From Eledone cirrhosa (Eukaryota), in assembly GCA_964016885.1 (NCBI GenBank), contig OZ024741.1, forward strand, positions 342,240,001 to 342,304,000: a DNA stretch of 64,000 nt, given 5' to 3'. The notes beneath the pieces are model-generated. The model saw only the letters and a list, made by a program, of their open reading frames with translations, was not told the DNA's origin and ran no database searches. The position numbers and the translations under genes are program-made. This document shows positions 47,901 to 59,200 of this stretch, piece after piece. Position 1 is the stretch's first letter. Each line of letters begins with the position of its first letter.

Positions 47901-49103
47901 GTTACGACTTCTGGGTCAATGCTGATTCTTCGTTCATCTTCCCTGTTGGTTGGTGTGAAAAGAATGGTCGAATTTTGCAACCTCCGAAAGGTTTGCCTTA
48001 CTTTTTACTTAGAATAACTTCATTTTTTCTTTTTTTTTAAAAACAATCTTGCATTCACATTTGTTCACTCTATCTTTTACTGGTTACATATTGACCCCTT
48101 TTTTTACATCTTAGTCTCATGTCTTGGGTCAGTGAGAGTCACTACATGGTCACTCTATCTGCTAGAAGTAGCAGTCGCAGTCAAATCTCTTTCAAATTAC
48201 AGCTGAGTGATTAAAAAAAAAACAATGTCATTATTATTTACATATTTGCACTCATAAGTAATTTTTAAAAATGAATAACTTTGATGCCAATATATATTTA
48301 AACAATGAGTATGAAAAAAACCCATCACCACCACCACTATAATAATTGTTTCTACTTTTGGCACAAGGCCAGCAATTACCCAGTACATTAGTGGTACTTT
48401 ATTTTATCGACCTCGTAAGGTCCTTGGCGGGATTTGAACTCAGATCGTAAAGGGACGTAACTATGCTGGAAAGCATGTCTGACCCTCTACCGATACTGCC
48501 AATTCACCGCCCTTCCACTATAATAATACCTTGAAATATTGACCACATATCTAGAGAAAGCCCTCCTTGTTTTTATTTATAAACATTTTTGGTTAATATT
48601 GGCTCAAATATATTTCTCTGTAAAGTTATGTTGGTACCACAGAACATCCAATCCACACAGTAAAGTGGTTGTGTAGGTGACATGACAAAAACCACCCAGT
48701 CCACACTGTAAAGTGGTCATGTAGGAGACACGGTAAAAAGGTTCCCAGTCCACATTGTAAATGTGGTTGGCGTTAGGAAGGGCATCCAGCTGTAGAAAAC
48801 CTGCCGGAAACATTTCTGTACGAGTGAGACATGGTCACCCGACCAATCTTGCCTCAAGTGGGACAAACCTGTCCAACCCATGCTAGCATGGAAGATGGAC
48901 GTTAAACAATGATGATGATGATGATGTGTAACAGAACTGAAATTCTGTAGATGAAGATATAGAATGTAGCTCTACATATAATTCTGTGTATTATTGTATA
49001 TATTTCAGGTTTCAATTCTGATTCATTTGTTTGGTCCAGTTATCTGAAACATGCTAAAGCCTTTGCCGCACCAAAACACTTGTTTGTAAACCTTCATACA
49101 CAG
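26993..49103 (+). CDS. l(3)mbt: Lethal(3)malignant brain tumor-like (L3MBTL1/3/4-type) MBT-repeat protein, 5' partial. Exons: 26993-27191, 29631-29762, 33619-35081, 39198-39357, 42980-43040, 44057-44259, 46947-47032, 47756-47990, 49009-49103
   Basis: Hand-spliced GT-AG exons join in frame (phases 1,1,0,1,2,1,0,1,0; 2634 nt = 878 codons). The family motif LDWENGIATLPGSNIK|FQLNEFGIMEIV spans exons 3/4. MBT repeat FTWAQYL...GFKIGMKLEGIDPKHQSLYCVLSVAEVRGFRIRLHFDGYSECYDFWVNADSSFIFPVGWCEKNGRILQPPKG is present. In-frame TAG at 26984 precedes the ATG. Gene continues beyond the window. Confidence 0.92.
27560..27900 (+). mobile_element. Degenerate RTE-like C-terminal fragment
   Basis: LLFRIERSQLQY*GHV...KPTGRRTRGRP resembles the RTE C-terminus. 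Confidence 0.5.
28485..28750 (-). mobile_element. 3' UTR fragment of a sister RTE family
   Basis: Reverse complement of 48620-48925; shares GGAAGGGCATCCAGCTGTAGAAAACC and the (GAT)n tail. Confidence 0.75.
29234..29420 (+). mobile_element. Second SINE family (GAGTTCAAAT...GAGGT..ACTTTGCCTTTCATCC...GTCGATAAAATAAAGTACCAG)
   Basis: Related copies at ~388-563(-), 16245-16395(-), 23695-23840(-), 24338-24475(+), 28750-28868(-), 45612-45765(-), 48342-48514(-); tail-only pieces at 10977-11040 and 18932-19000. Confidence 0.8.
29631..29762 (+). CDS. l(3)mbt: L3MBTL-like coding exon 2 (VINVKTAG...poly-Ala...TMVK)
   Basis: ctttttTcAG acceptor; G|GTAACT donor; phase 1/1. Confidence 0.8.
29845..30530. repeat. 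25-bp pyrimidine-rich minisatellite (CCCTCCCACTCTTACTATTTTGCYA), ~27 copies
   Basis: Direct reading; 25-aa periodicity in overlapping ORFs. Confidence 0.95.
30634..30979 (+). mobile_element. tRNA-derived SINE with CORE-like middle and RTE-derived tail
   Basis: A box TGGCTTAGTGG, B box GAGTTCAATTC, CCTTGAGCAAGACACTT core, tail shared with the LINE 3' UTR; interrupts a MITE. Confidence 0.85.
31231..31490. repeat. Diverged ~63-bp tandem repeat, 4 copies
   Basis: Recurring ACCTACATRGARCTCT..TTGAGTCTATTTCAGCTGAG...GATGATTAG. Confidence 0.75.
33120..33322. mobile_element. piggyBac-like MITE; other copies at ~30580-31107 (split by a SINE), 42222-42429, 49126-49338
   Basis: TTAA-CCCTTTAGCATTTA ... 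TAAAT(A/G)CTA.TGGG-TTAA termini; shared internal GAATCTATGAGATTTTGATATT. Confidence 0.7.
33619..35081 (+). CDS. l(3)mbt: L3MBTL-like coding exon 3: long S/T/P/Q-rich region with polyQ and polyP, ending in LDWENGIATLPGSNIK
   Basis: 1463-nt open exon inside ORF 33600-35174; acceptor ttggcAG; donor AAG|GTAAGT. Confidence 0.9.
35252..35768 (-). mobile_element. Older, diverged RTE LINE 3' fragment
   Basis: MLHSSETWVVTAEEMYRLERNKAAIFCWMCNVSVRERQ is homologous to the young LINE; tail hairpin and (ATC)n present. Confidence 0.8.
35771..36501 (+). mobile_element. 5'-truncated copy of the same RTE LINE
   Basis: [14 protein letters not shown]...EKTRLT*, 3' UTR with internal duplication, (GAT)n tail. 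Confidence 0.93.
36544..36872 (-). mobile_element. Same SINE family
   Basis: Reverse complement of 30634-30950. Confidence 0.85.
36873..37240. repeat. Interrupted (TA)n tract with a short SINE-tail insert (~37061-37096)
   Basis: Direct reading. Confidence 0.92.
37241..38581 (-). mobile_element. 5'-truncated RTE LINE copy (includes PHD finger; frameshifted)
   Basis: Minus ORFs 37756-37956, 38013-38384 and 38339-38533 match the LINE C-terminus; (ATC)n tail; TA tracts on both sides. Confidence 0.93.
38582..39030. repeat. Interrupted (TA)n tract
   Basis: Direct reading. Confidence 0.95.
39198..39357 (+). CDS. l(3)mbt: L3MBTL-like coding exon 4 (FQLNEFGIMEIV...LECN)
   Basis: Completes the conserved W..G..TLPGS.LKF..NEFG motif of L(3)mbt proteins; caacAG acceptor, G|GTAGGT donor. 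Confidence 0.88.
39430..39985. repeat. ~45-bp minisatellite (CAGTCCACTGTGTAAGGTGGTCGTGCTGGTGACATGACAAAAAGTGCC), ~12 copies
   Basis: Direct reading; unit resembles the RTE 3' UTR subrepeat. Confidence 0.88.
40234..41423 (-). mobile_element. 5'-truncated RTE LINE copy
   Basis: Minus ORF 40742-41371 matches the LINE C-terminus; near-identical to 37241-38435. Confidence 0.93.
41485..42143 (+). mobile_element. Older tRNA/CORE-like SINE split by the 41621-41961 insertion
   Basis: Head TGGCTTAGTGGTTAG...GAGTTCGATTC; 3' half GTTAATTTCAT...GAGGTCCAAC matches 10710-10963. Confidence 0.7.
41621..41961 (-). mobile_element. Same SINE family, nested in an older SINE
   Basis: Reverse complement of 30634-30950, with (ATC)n tail. 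Confidence 0.85.
42481..42855 (-). mobile_element. Diverged RTE 3' UTR fragment with several ~45-bp subrepeats
   Basis: (ATC)n tail, TTTCTACAGTTGAATGCCCTTCCTAACACC motif, repeated GGTGGACTGGGTGC units. Confidence 0.65.
42980..43040 (+). CDS. l(3)mbt: L3MBTL-like coding exon 5 (DLSKCSRKDGSENCQCSNCK)
   Basis: tctctctAG acceptor, GTAAGT donor; phase 1/2 bridges exons 4 and 6 in frame. Confidence 0.72.
43265..43912. mobile_element. Tigger/pogo-like MITE carrying a nested SINE
   Basis: TIRs CAGTGATACCTCGCAGCACGAG / CTTGTACTGTGAGGTTCGACTG, flanked by TA. Confidence 0.7.
43606..43882 (+). mobile_element. Same SINE family, 5'-truncated, nested in a MITE
   Basis: Matches 30697-30950; (GAT)n tail. 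Confidence 0.85.
44057..44259 (+). CDS. l(3)mbt: L3MBTL-like coding exon 6 (KILKRS...RKKKRK...VKQEKIEED)
   Basis: ttcttaacAG acceptor, G|GTATGT donor; open frame with a basic NLS-like stretch. Confidence 0.78.
44375..44775 (-). mobile_element. CR1/L2-type LINE 3' fragment
   Basis: NTHGHAYKVRK...FRKHFFTLRVAETWNKL...VVS...SFK is a typical CR1/L2 ORF2 C-terminus. Confidence 0.75.
46947..47032 (+). CDS. l(3)mbt: L3MBTL-like coding exon 7, start of MBT repeat 1 (GKKSKVFTWAQYLDQENAVGAPTKLFKE)
   Basis: tttcAG acceptor, GAG|GTAACC donor; F.W..YL....A..AP..LF MBT arm motif. Confidence 0.9.
47756..47990 (+). CDS. l(3)mbt: L3MBTL-like coding exon 8, core of MBT repeat 1
   Basis: GMKLEGIDP...HFDGY...DFW...PVGWC...PPKG canonical MBT; cctAG acceptor, G|GTTTGC donor. 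Confidence 0.95.
48342..48514 (-). mobile_element. Second SINE family copy with internal deletion
   Basis: Reverse complement of 29234-29420. Confidence 0.78.
48618..48926 (+). mobile_element. 3' UTR fragment of a sister RTE family
   Basis: Colinear with LINE 3' UTR 9005-9300; ends CCATGCTAGCATGG...GACGTTAAAC(GAT)n. Confidence 0.8.
49009..49103 (+). CDS. l(3)mbt: L3MBTL-like coding exon 9, start of MBT repeat 2 (GFNSDSFVWSSYLKHAKAFAAPKHLFVNLHTQ)
   Basis: tttcAG acceptor, CAG|GTGAGT donor; F.W..YL....A.AAP..LF motif. Confidence 0.9.
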
Positions 49104-49125
49104 GTGAGTGGGGTAGCTTTTTCAA

Positions 49126-49338
49126 CCCTTTAGCATTTACATTATTCTATATTTACTATTATACGTAGAGGCTTTATCTTACATAATTATCTTACATAAT
49201 GTTGAATCTATGAGATTTGATGTTATTTACTTTGAGAACAATACCTTAATGTAAATATGAGCAGCCAGTTACAGCCAGTTTGAACAGAAAGAAGTGAGAG
49301 AGTTCTGGCTGGATACAGCCGGTTCAAATGCTAATGGG
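49126..49338. mobile_element. piggyBac-like MITE copy
   Basis: CCCTTTAGCATTT ... AAATGCTAATGGG-TTAA. Confidence 0.68.
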
Positions 49339-50259
49339 TTAAACCTCTTTAACGAAAATGTCTTGAATTGATTGATTATTATGTTCACTAGCAGAACAAC
49401 CACCCTTCGGATGGTTTCTGTTAGCATGTGTAGTGTGCATATTGATATTATATGCAAGTATATATACATGTAGATATGATACATCAAATAAAATCGTAAT
49501 TGACAATATCTACAGAAATTGAACGAAGACTGTCTTATGTAATCAGTAACATAATCCATGATACATTAAAAAAACACGATATTATATATAAACTGTATTA
49601 GGAAAAAATTAGTGACGGAAATATATGATTGTTTATTTAAGCGATCGCTAACCGAAAGTGTTGACATTTGAAAATTTTAAAGAAGTGAATCTTTAAACGA
49701 ACAATAAAATATATTTAATCAACGGCTATGAAATTTAGTAGATAAATTATGTAATATTCATTCATTATTTATTCAAAGTAATCCAACTTATTTTACTAAT
49801 GGGATAAAAAATTATAAACCGTATGCAGTCCCACACTCCTTACTTTATTACAGTTTAGATGATACCAGTGGTAGTGGTGGGGCATCTTGATTTTTTTTTT
49901 TAGTTAAATTACTATAGCATACTGTCTTTATGTTGAAAGAACTGATTTAGTAATATGTGGTTGTTTTAATAAATGTTATTTTTATATCAAAATAGCTGAT
50001 CATTAATTAAAGCTGACAGGACAAAACTGATGCTATTTTTAGAATTACTCCCAAATATGCCCCTAAAATATATCTAACTTCTGAGGCATCAAAATATAAT
50101 GGCAAACTAGGGACTGTAATTTCAGTGGACAGGTGGATACAACAACATATAGAAAGGTATGTTGCATCTCCAAAACTAGAAGAGATAGCTAAAAATTGAT
50201 GTTATTTCTAGAATCCGTGCCTCAAATATACTATAAAATATGTAAATAGATTTAACTTT

Positions 50260-53200
50260 CAAGACATACGTACAGGTACACATATAGACATACAGGTACA
50301 CATACAGACGTATGGGTACACATACAGACATATAGGCACACATACAGATGTACAGGCACTAACTGACAGACGTACAGGCACAGACAGATACATACACATG
50401 TGCATGCATGCACGCACACAGACAGAAGTAGACAGACATACATACAAAGACAGACAGACAGACATACATATAGACAACAGACATAGGCAGACAGACAGAC
50501 ACAAGCAGACAGACACACAGACACAAGCAGACAGACACACAGACACAAGCAGACAGACACACAGGCATAAGCAGACACACACACAGGCATAAGCAGACAC
50601 ACACACAGGCATAAGCAGACACACACACAGACATAAGCAGACAGACACACAGACATAAGCAGTCACACACAGAGACATAAGCAGTCACAAACACAGAGAT
50701 AAGCAGACAGACACGCAGACATAAGCAGTCACACACAGACATAAGCAGTCACACACAGACATAAGCAGACAGGCACAGACGTAAGCAGACAGACACATAC
50801 ACATAAGCAGACAGACACACTGACATAAGCAGACAGACACACTGACATAAGCAGACAGACACACTGACATAAGCAGACAGACACACACTGACATAAGCAG
50901 TCACACACTGACATAAGCAGTCACACACACAGACATAAGCAGACAGACACACAGACATAAGCAGACAGGCACAGACATAAGCAGACAGACACACAGACAT
51001 AAGCAGACAGGCACACAGACATAAGCAGACAGGCACACAGACATAAGCAGACAGACACACAGACATAAGCAGTCACACACAGACATAAGCAGTCTCACAC
51101 AGACATAAGCAGTCTCACACAGACATAAGCAGACAGGCACACAGACATAAGCAGACACACAGACATAAGCAGACAGACACACAGACATAAGCAGACAGAC
51201 ACACAGACATAAGCAGACAGACAAACAGACATAAGCAGACAGGCACACAGACATAAGCAGACAGACATAAGCAGACAGACACACAGACATAAGCAGACAG
51301 ACACACAGACATAAGCAGACAGACACACAGACATAAGCAGACACACACAGACATAAGCAGACAGGCACACAAACATAAGCAAACAGACACACAGATATAA
51401 GCAGACAGACACACAGACATAAGCAGACACACACAGATATAAGCAGACAGACATAAGCAGACAGACATAAGCAGACAGACACACAGACATAAGCAGACAG
51501 GCACACAAACATAAGCAAACAGACACACAGACATAAGCAGACAGACACACAGACATAAGCAGACAGACACACAGACATAAGCAGACAGACACACAGACAT
51601 AAGCAGACAGGCACACAGACATAAGCAGACAGACACACAGACATAAGCAGACAGACACACAGACATAAGCAGACAGACACACAGACATAAGCAGACAGAC
51701 ACACAGACATAAGCAGACCGACACTCTGACATAAGCAGACAGACACACAGCCATAAGCAGACAGGCACACAGAGAGGCACGCAGACATAAGCAGACAGAC
51801 ACACAGACATAAGCAGACAGACACACAGACATAAGCAGACAGACACACAGACATAAGCAGACAGGCACACAGACATAAGCAGACAGGCACACAGACATAA
51901 GCAGACAGGCACACAGACATAAGCAGACAGGCACACAGACATAAGCAGACAGGAACATAGACATAAGCAGACAGACACACAGACATAAGCAGACAGACAT
52001 ACAGACATAAGCAGACAGGCACACAGACATAAGCAGACAGACACACAGACATAAGCAGACAGGCACACAGACATAAGCAGACAGGCACACAGACATAAGC
52101 AGTCACACACACAGACATAAGCAGACACACACACACAGACATAAGCAGACAGGCACACAGACATAAGCAGACAGGCACATAGACATAAGCAGACAGACAC
52201 ACAGACATAAGCAGACAGGCACACAGACATAAGCAGACAGACACACAGACATAAGCAGACAGACACACAGACATAAGCAGACAGACACACAGACATAAGC
52301 AGTCACACACACAGACATAAGCAGACACACACACAGACATAAGCAGACAGGCACACAGACATAAGCAGACAGGCACATAGACATAAGCAGACAGACACAC
52401 AGACATAAGCAGACAGGCACACAGACATAAGCAGACAGGCACACAGACATAAGCAGACAGGCACACAGACATAAGCAGACAGGAACATAGACATAAGCAG
52501 ACAGACACACAGACATAAGCAGACAGACACACAGCCATAAGCAGACAGGCACACAGACATAAGCAGACAGGCACACAGACATAAGCAGACAGGCACACAG
52601 ACATAAGCAGACAGGCACACAGACATAAGCAGACAGGCACACAGACATAAGCAGTCACACACATAGACATAAGCAGACAGACACACAGACATAAGCAGAC
52701 AGACACACAGACATAAGCAGACAGGCACACAGACATAAGCAGACAGGCACACAGACATAAGCAGACAGACACACAGACATAAGCAGACAGACACACAGAC
52801 ATAAGCAGACAGACACACAGACATAAGCAGACAGATACACAGACATAAGCAGACAGACATACAGACATAAGCAGACAGGCACACAGCCATAAGCAGACAG
52901 GCACACAGACATAAGCAGACAGACACACAGACATAAGCAGACAGACACACAGACATAAGCAGACAGACACACAGACATAAGCAGACAGGCACACAGAGAG
53001 GCACGCAGACATAAGCAGACAGACATAAGCAGACAGGCACACAGCCATAAGCAGACAGACACACAGACATAAGCAGACAGACACACAGACATAAGCAGAC
53101 AGACACACAGACATAAGCAGACAGGCACATAGACATAAGCAGACAGACACACAGACATAAGCAGACAGACATACAGACATAAGCAGACACACACACAGAC

Positions 53201-56200
53201 ATAAGCAGAGAGGCACACAGACATAAGCAGACAGGCACACAGACATAAGCAGTCATACACACAGACATAAGCAGACACACACACAGACATAAGCAGACAG
53301 GCACATAGACATAAGCAGACTGACACACAGACATAAGCAGACAGGCACACAGACATAAGCAGACAGACACACAGACATAAGCAGACAGGCACATAGACAT
53401 AAGCAGACAGACACACAGACATAAGCAGACAGACACACAGACATAAGCAGACAGGCACACAGACATAAGCAGACACGCACATAGACATAAGCAGACAGGC
53501 ACATAGACATAAGCAGACAGGCACACAGAGACATAAGCAGACTGGCACACAGACATAAGCAGACAGGCACACAGACATAAGCAGACAGACACACAGACAT
53601 AAGCAGACAGACACACAGACATAAGCAGACAGACACACAGACATAAGCAGACACACACAGACATAAGCAGACAGACACACAGACAGGCACACAGACATAA
53701 GCAGACAGACACACAGACATAAGCAGACAGACACACACATAAGCAGACACACACAGACATAAGCAGACACACACAGACATAAGCAAACACACACAGACAT
53801 AAGCAGACAGACATAAGCAGACACACACACAGACATAAGCAGACACACACACAGACATAAGCAGACACACACACAGACATAAGCAGACACACACACAGAC
53901 ATAAGCAGACACACACACACAGACATACACACAGACATAAGCAGACACACACACAGACATAAGCAGACACACACACAGACATAAGCAGACAGACACACAG
54001 ACATAAGCAGACAGACACACAGACATAAGCAGACAGACACACAGACATAAGCAGACAGACACACAGACATAAGCAGACAGACACATAGACATAAGCAGAC
54101 AGACACATAGACATAAGCAGACAGACACATAGACATAAGCAGACAGACACACAGACATAAGCAGACAGACACACAGACATAAGCAGACAGACACACAGAC
54201 ATAAGCAGACAGACACATAGACATAAGCAGACAGACACACAGACATAAGCAGACAGACACACAGACATAAGCAGACAGACACACAGACATAAGCAGACAG
54301 ACACATAGACATAAGCAGACAGACACATAGACATAAGCAGACAGACACATAGACATAAGCAGACAGGCACACAGCCATAAGCAGACAGGCACACAGACAG
54401 GCACACAGACATAAGCAGACAGACACACAGACATAAGCAGACAGGCACACAGACATAAGCAGACAGACACACAGACATAAGCAGACAGACACACAGACAT
54501 AAGCAGACAGACACACAGACATTAGCAGACAGACACACAGACATAAGCAGACAGACACACAGACATAAGCAGACAGACACACAGACATAAGCAGACAGGC
54601 ACACAGACATAAGCAGACAGGCACACAGACATAAGCAGACAGACACACAGACATAAGCAGACAGACACACAGACATAAGCAGACAGGCACATAGACATAA
54701 GCAGACAGGCACATAGACATAAGCAGACAGACACACAGACATAAGCAGACAGACACACAGACATAAGCAGACAGACACACAGACATAAGCAGACAGACAT
54801 ACAGACATAAGCAGACAGGCACATAGACATAAGCAGACAGGCACATAGACATAAGCAGACAGACACACATACATAAGCAGACAGACACACAGACATAAGC
54901 AGACAGACACACAGACATAAGCAGACAGACACACAGACATAAGCAGACAGGCACACAGACATAAGCAGTCACACACACAGACATAAGCAGACACACACAC
55001 AGACATAAGCAGACAGGCACACAGACATAAGCAGACAGGCACATAGACATAAGCAGACAGACACACAGACATAAGCAGACAGACACATAGACATAAGCAG
55101 ACAGGCACACAGACATACAGACATAAGCAGACAGACACACAGACATAAGCAGACAGGCACATAGACATAAGCAGACAGACACACAGACATACAGACATAA
55201 GCAGACAGACACACAGACATAAGCAGACAGGCACATAGACATAAGCAGACAGACACACAGACATAAGCAGACAGACACACAGACATAAGCAGACACACAC
55301 ACAGACATAATCAGACAGGCACACAGACATAAGCAGACAGGCACACAGACATAAGCAGTCACACACACAGACATAAGCAGACACACACACAGACATAAGC
55401 AGACAGGCACACAGACATAAGCAGACACACACACAGACATAAGCAGACAGGCACACAGACATAAGCAGACAGGCACACAGACATAAGCAGACAGGCACAC
55501 AGACATAAGCAGACAGGCACACAGACATAAGCAGACAGGCACATAGACATAAGCAGACAGGCACATAGACATAAGCAGACAGGCACATAGACATAAGCAG
55601 ACAGACACACAGACATAAGCAGACAGGCACACAGACATAAGCAGACAGGCACATAGACATAAGCAGACAGACACACAGACATAAGCAGACAGACACACAG
55701 ACATAAGCAGACACACACACAGACATAAGCAGACACACACACAGACATAAGCAGACACACACACAGACATAAGCAGACAGGCACACAGACATAAGCAGAC
55801 AGGCACACAGATATAAGCAGACAGGCACACAGACATAAGCAGTCACACACACAGACATAAGCAGACACACACAGACATAAGCAGACAGGCACACAGACAT
55901 AAGAAGACAGACACACAGACATAAGTAGACAGGCACACAGACATAAGCAGACACACACACAGACATGAGCAGACAGACACACAGACATAAGCAGACAGGC
56001 ACACAGCCATAAGCAGACAGGAACATAGACATAAGCAGACAGACACACAGACATAAGCAGACAGACACACAGACATAAGCAGACAGACATAAGCAGACAG
56101 ACACACAGACATAAGCAGACAGACACACAAACATAAGCAGACAGACACACAGACATAAGCAGACACACACACAGACATAAGTAGACAGACACACACAGAC

Positions 56201-59200
56201 ATACACACAGACATAAGCAGACACACACACAGACATAAGCAGACACACACACAGACATAAGCAGACACACACACAGACATAAGCAGACAGACACACAGAC
56301 ATAAGCAGACAGACACACAGACATAAGCAGACACACACACAGACATAAGCAGACACACACACAGACATAAGCAGACAGACACATAGACATAAGCAGACAG
56401 TCACATAGACATAAGCAGACAGGCACACAGACATAAGCAGACAGACACACAGACATAAGCAGACAGACACACAGACATAAGCAGACAGACACACAGACAT
56501 AAGCAGACAGACACACAGACATAAGCAGACAGACATAAGCAGACAGACACACAGACATAAGCAGACAGACACACAAACATAAGCAGACAGACACACAGAC
56601 ATAAGCAGACAGACACACAGACATAAGCAGACAGACACACAGACATAAGCAGACAGACACACAGACATAAGCAGACAGACACACAGACATAAGCAGACAG
56701 ACACACAGACATAAGCAGACAGACACACAGACATAAGCAGTCACACACACAGACATAAGCAGTCACACACACAGACATAAGCAGTCACACACACAGACAT
56801 AAGCAGACAGACACACAGACATAAGCAGACAGGCACACAGACATAAGCAGACGGGCACACAGACATAAGCAGACAGACACACAGACATAAGCAGACAGGC
56901 ACACAGGCATAAGCAGACAGGCACACAGACATAAGCAGACACACACACAGACATAAGCAGACAGACACATAGACATAAGCAGACAGACACATAGACATAA
57001 GCAGACAGGCACACAGCCATAAGCAGACAGGAACATAGACATAAGCAGACAGACACACAGACATAAGCAGACAGGCACACAGACATAAGCAGACAGGCAC
57101 ACAGACATAAGCAGACAGGCACACAGACATAAGCAGACAGGCACACAGATATAAGCAGACAGGCACACAGACATAAGCAGACAGACACACAGACATAAGC
57201 AGACAGACACATAGACATAAGCAGACAGACACACAGACATAAGCAGACAGGCACACAGCCATAAGCAGACAGGCACACAGACAGGCACACAGACATTAGC
57301 AGACAGACACACAGACATAAGCAGACACACACACAGACATAAGCAGACACACACACAGACATAAGCAGACAGGCACACAGACATAAGCAGACAGACACAC
57401 AGACATAAGCAGACAGACACATAGACATAAGCAGACAGACACACAGACATAAGCAGACAGGCACACAGCCATAAGCAGACAGGCACACAGACATTAGCAG
57501 ACAGACACACAGACATAAGCAGACACACACACAGACATAAGCAGACACACACACAGACATAAGCAGACACACACACAGACATAAGCAGACAGGCACACAG
57601 ACATAAGCAGACAGACACACAGACATAAGCAGACAGACACACAGACATAAGCAGACAGGCACATAGACATAAGCAGACAGGCACATAGACATAAGCAGAC
57701 AGACACACAGACATAAGCAGACAGACATACAGACATAAGCAGACAGACACACAGACATAAGCAGACAGGGACATAGACATAAGCAGACAGACACACAGAC
57801 ATAAGCAGACAGACACACAGACATAAGCAGACACACACACAGACATAATCAGACAGGCACACAGACATAAGCAGACAGGCACACAGACATAAGCAGTCAG
57901 ACACACAGGCATAAGCAGACACACACACAGACATAAGCAGACAGGCACACAGACATAAGCAGACAGGCACATAGACATAAGCAGACAGGCACATAGACAT
58001 AAGCAGACAGACACACAGACATAAGAAGACAGGCACACAGACATAAGCATACAGGCACATAGACATAAGCAGACAGACACACAGACATAAGCAGACACAC
58101 ACACAGACATAAGCAGACACACACACAGACATAAGCAGACACACACACAGACATAAGCAGACAGGCACACAGACATAAGCAGACAGGCACACAGATATAA
58201 GCAGACAGGCACACAGACATAAGCAGTCACACACACAGACATAAGCAGACACACACAGACATAAGCAGACACACACAGACATAAGCAGACAGACACACAG
58301 ACATAAGAAGACAGACACACAGACATAAGCAGACAGGCACACAGACATGAGCAGACAGACACACAGACATAAGCAGACAGGCACACAGCCATAAGCAGAC
58401 AGACACACAGACATAAGCAGACAGACACACAGACATAAGAAGACAGACACACAGATATAAGAAGACAGGCACACAGACATAAGCAGACAGGCACACAGAC
58501 ATAAGCAGACAGGCACACAGACATAAGCAGACACACACTCAGACATGAGCAGACAGACACACAGACATAAGCAGACAGGAACATAGACATAAGCAGACAG
58601 ACACACAGACATAAGCAGACAGGCACACAGACATAAGCAGACAGGCACACAGACATAAGCAGACAGGCACACAGCCATAAGCAGACAGGCACATAGACAT
58701 AAGCAGACAGACACACAGACATAAGCAGACAGACACACGGACATAAGCAGACAGACACACGGACATAAGCAGACAGACACATAGACATAAGCAGACAGGC
58801 ACATAGACATAAGCAGACAGGCACATAGACATAAGCAGACAGACACACAGACATAAGCAGACAGACACACAGACATAAGCAGACAGGCACATAGACATAA
58901 GCAGACAGACACACAGACATAAGCAGACAGACACACAGACATAAGCAGACAGACACACAGACATAATCAGACAGGCACACAGACATAAGCAGACAGGCAC
59001 ACAGACATAAGCAGACAGGCACACAGACATAAGCAGACAGGCACACAGACATAAGCAGTCACACACACAGACATAAGCAGACACACACACAGACATAAGC
59101 AGACACGCACACAGACATAAGCAGACAGACACACAGATATAAGCAGACAGACACACAGACATAAGCAGACAGACACACAGACATAAGCAGACAGACACAC

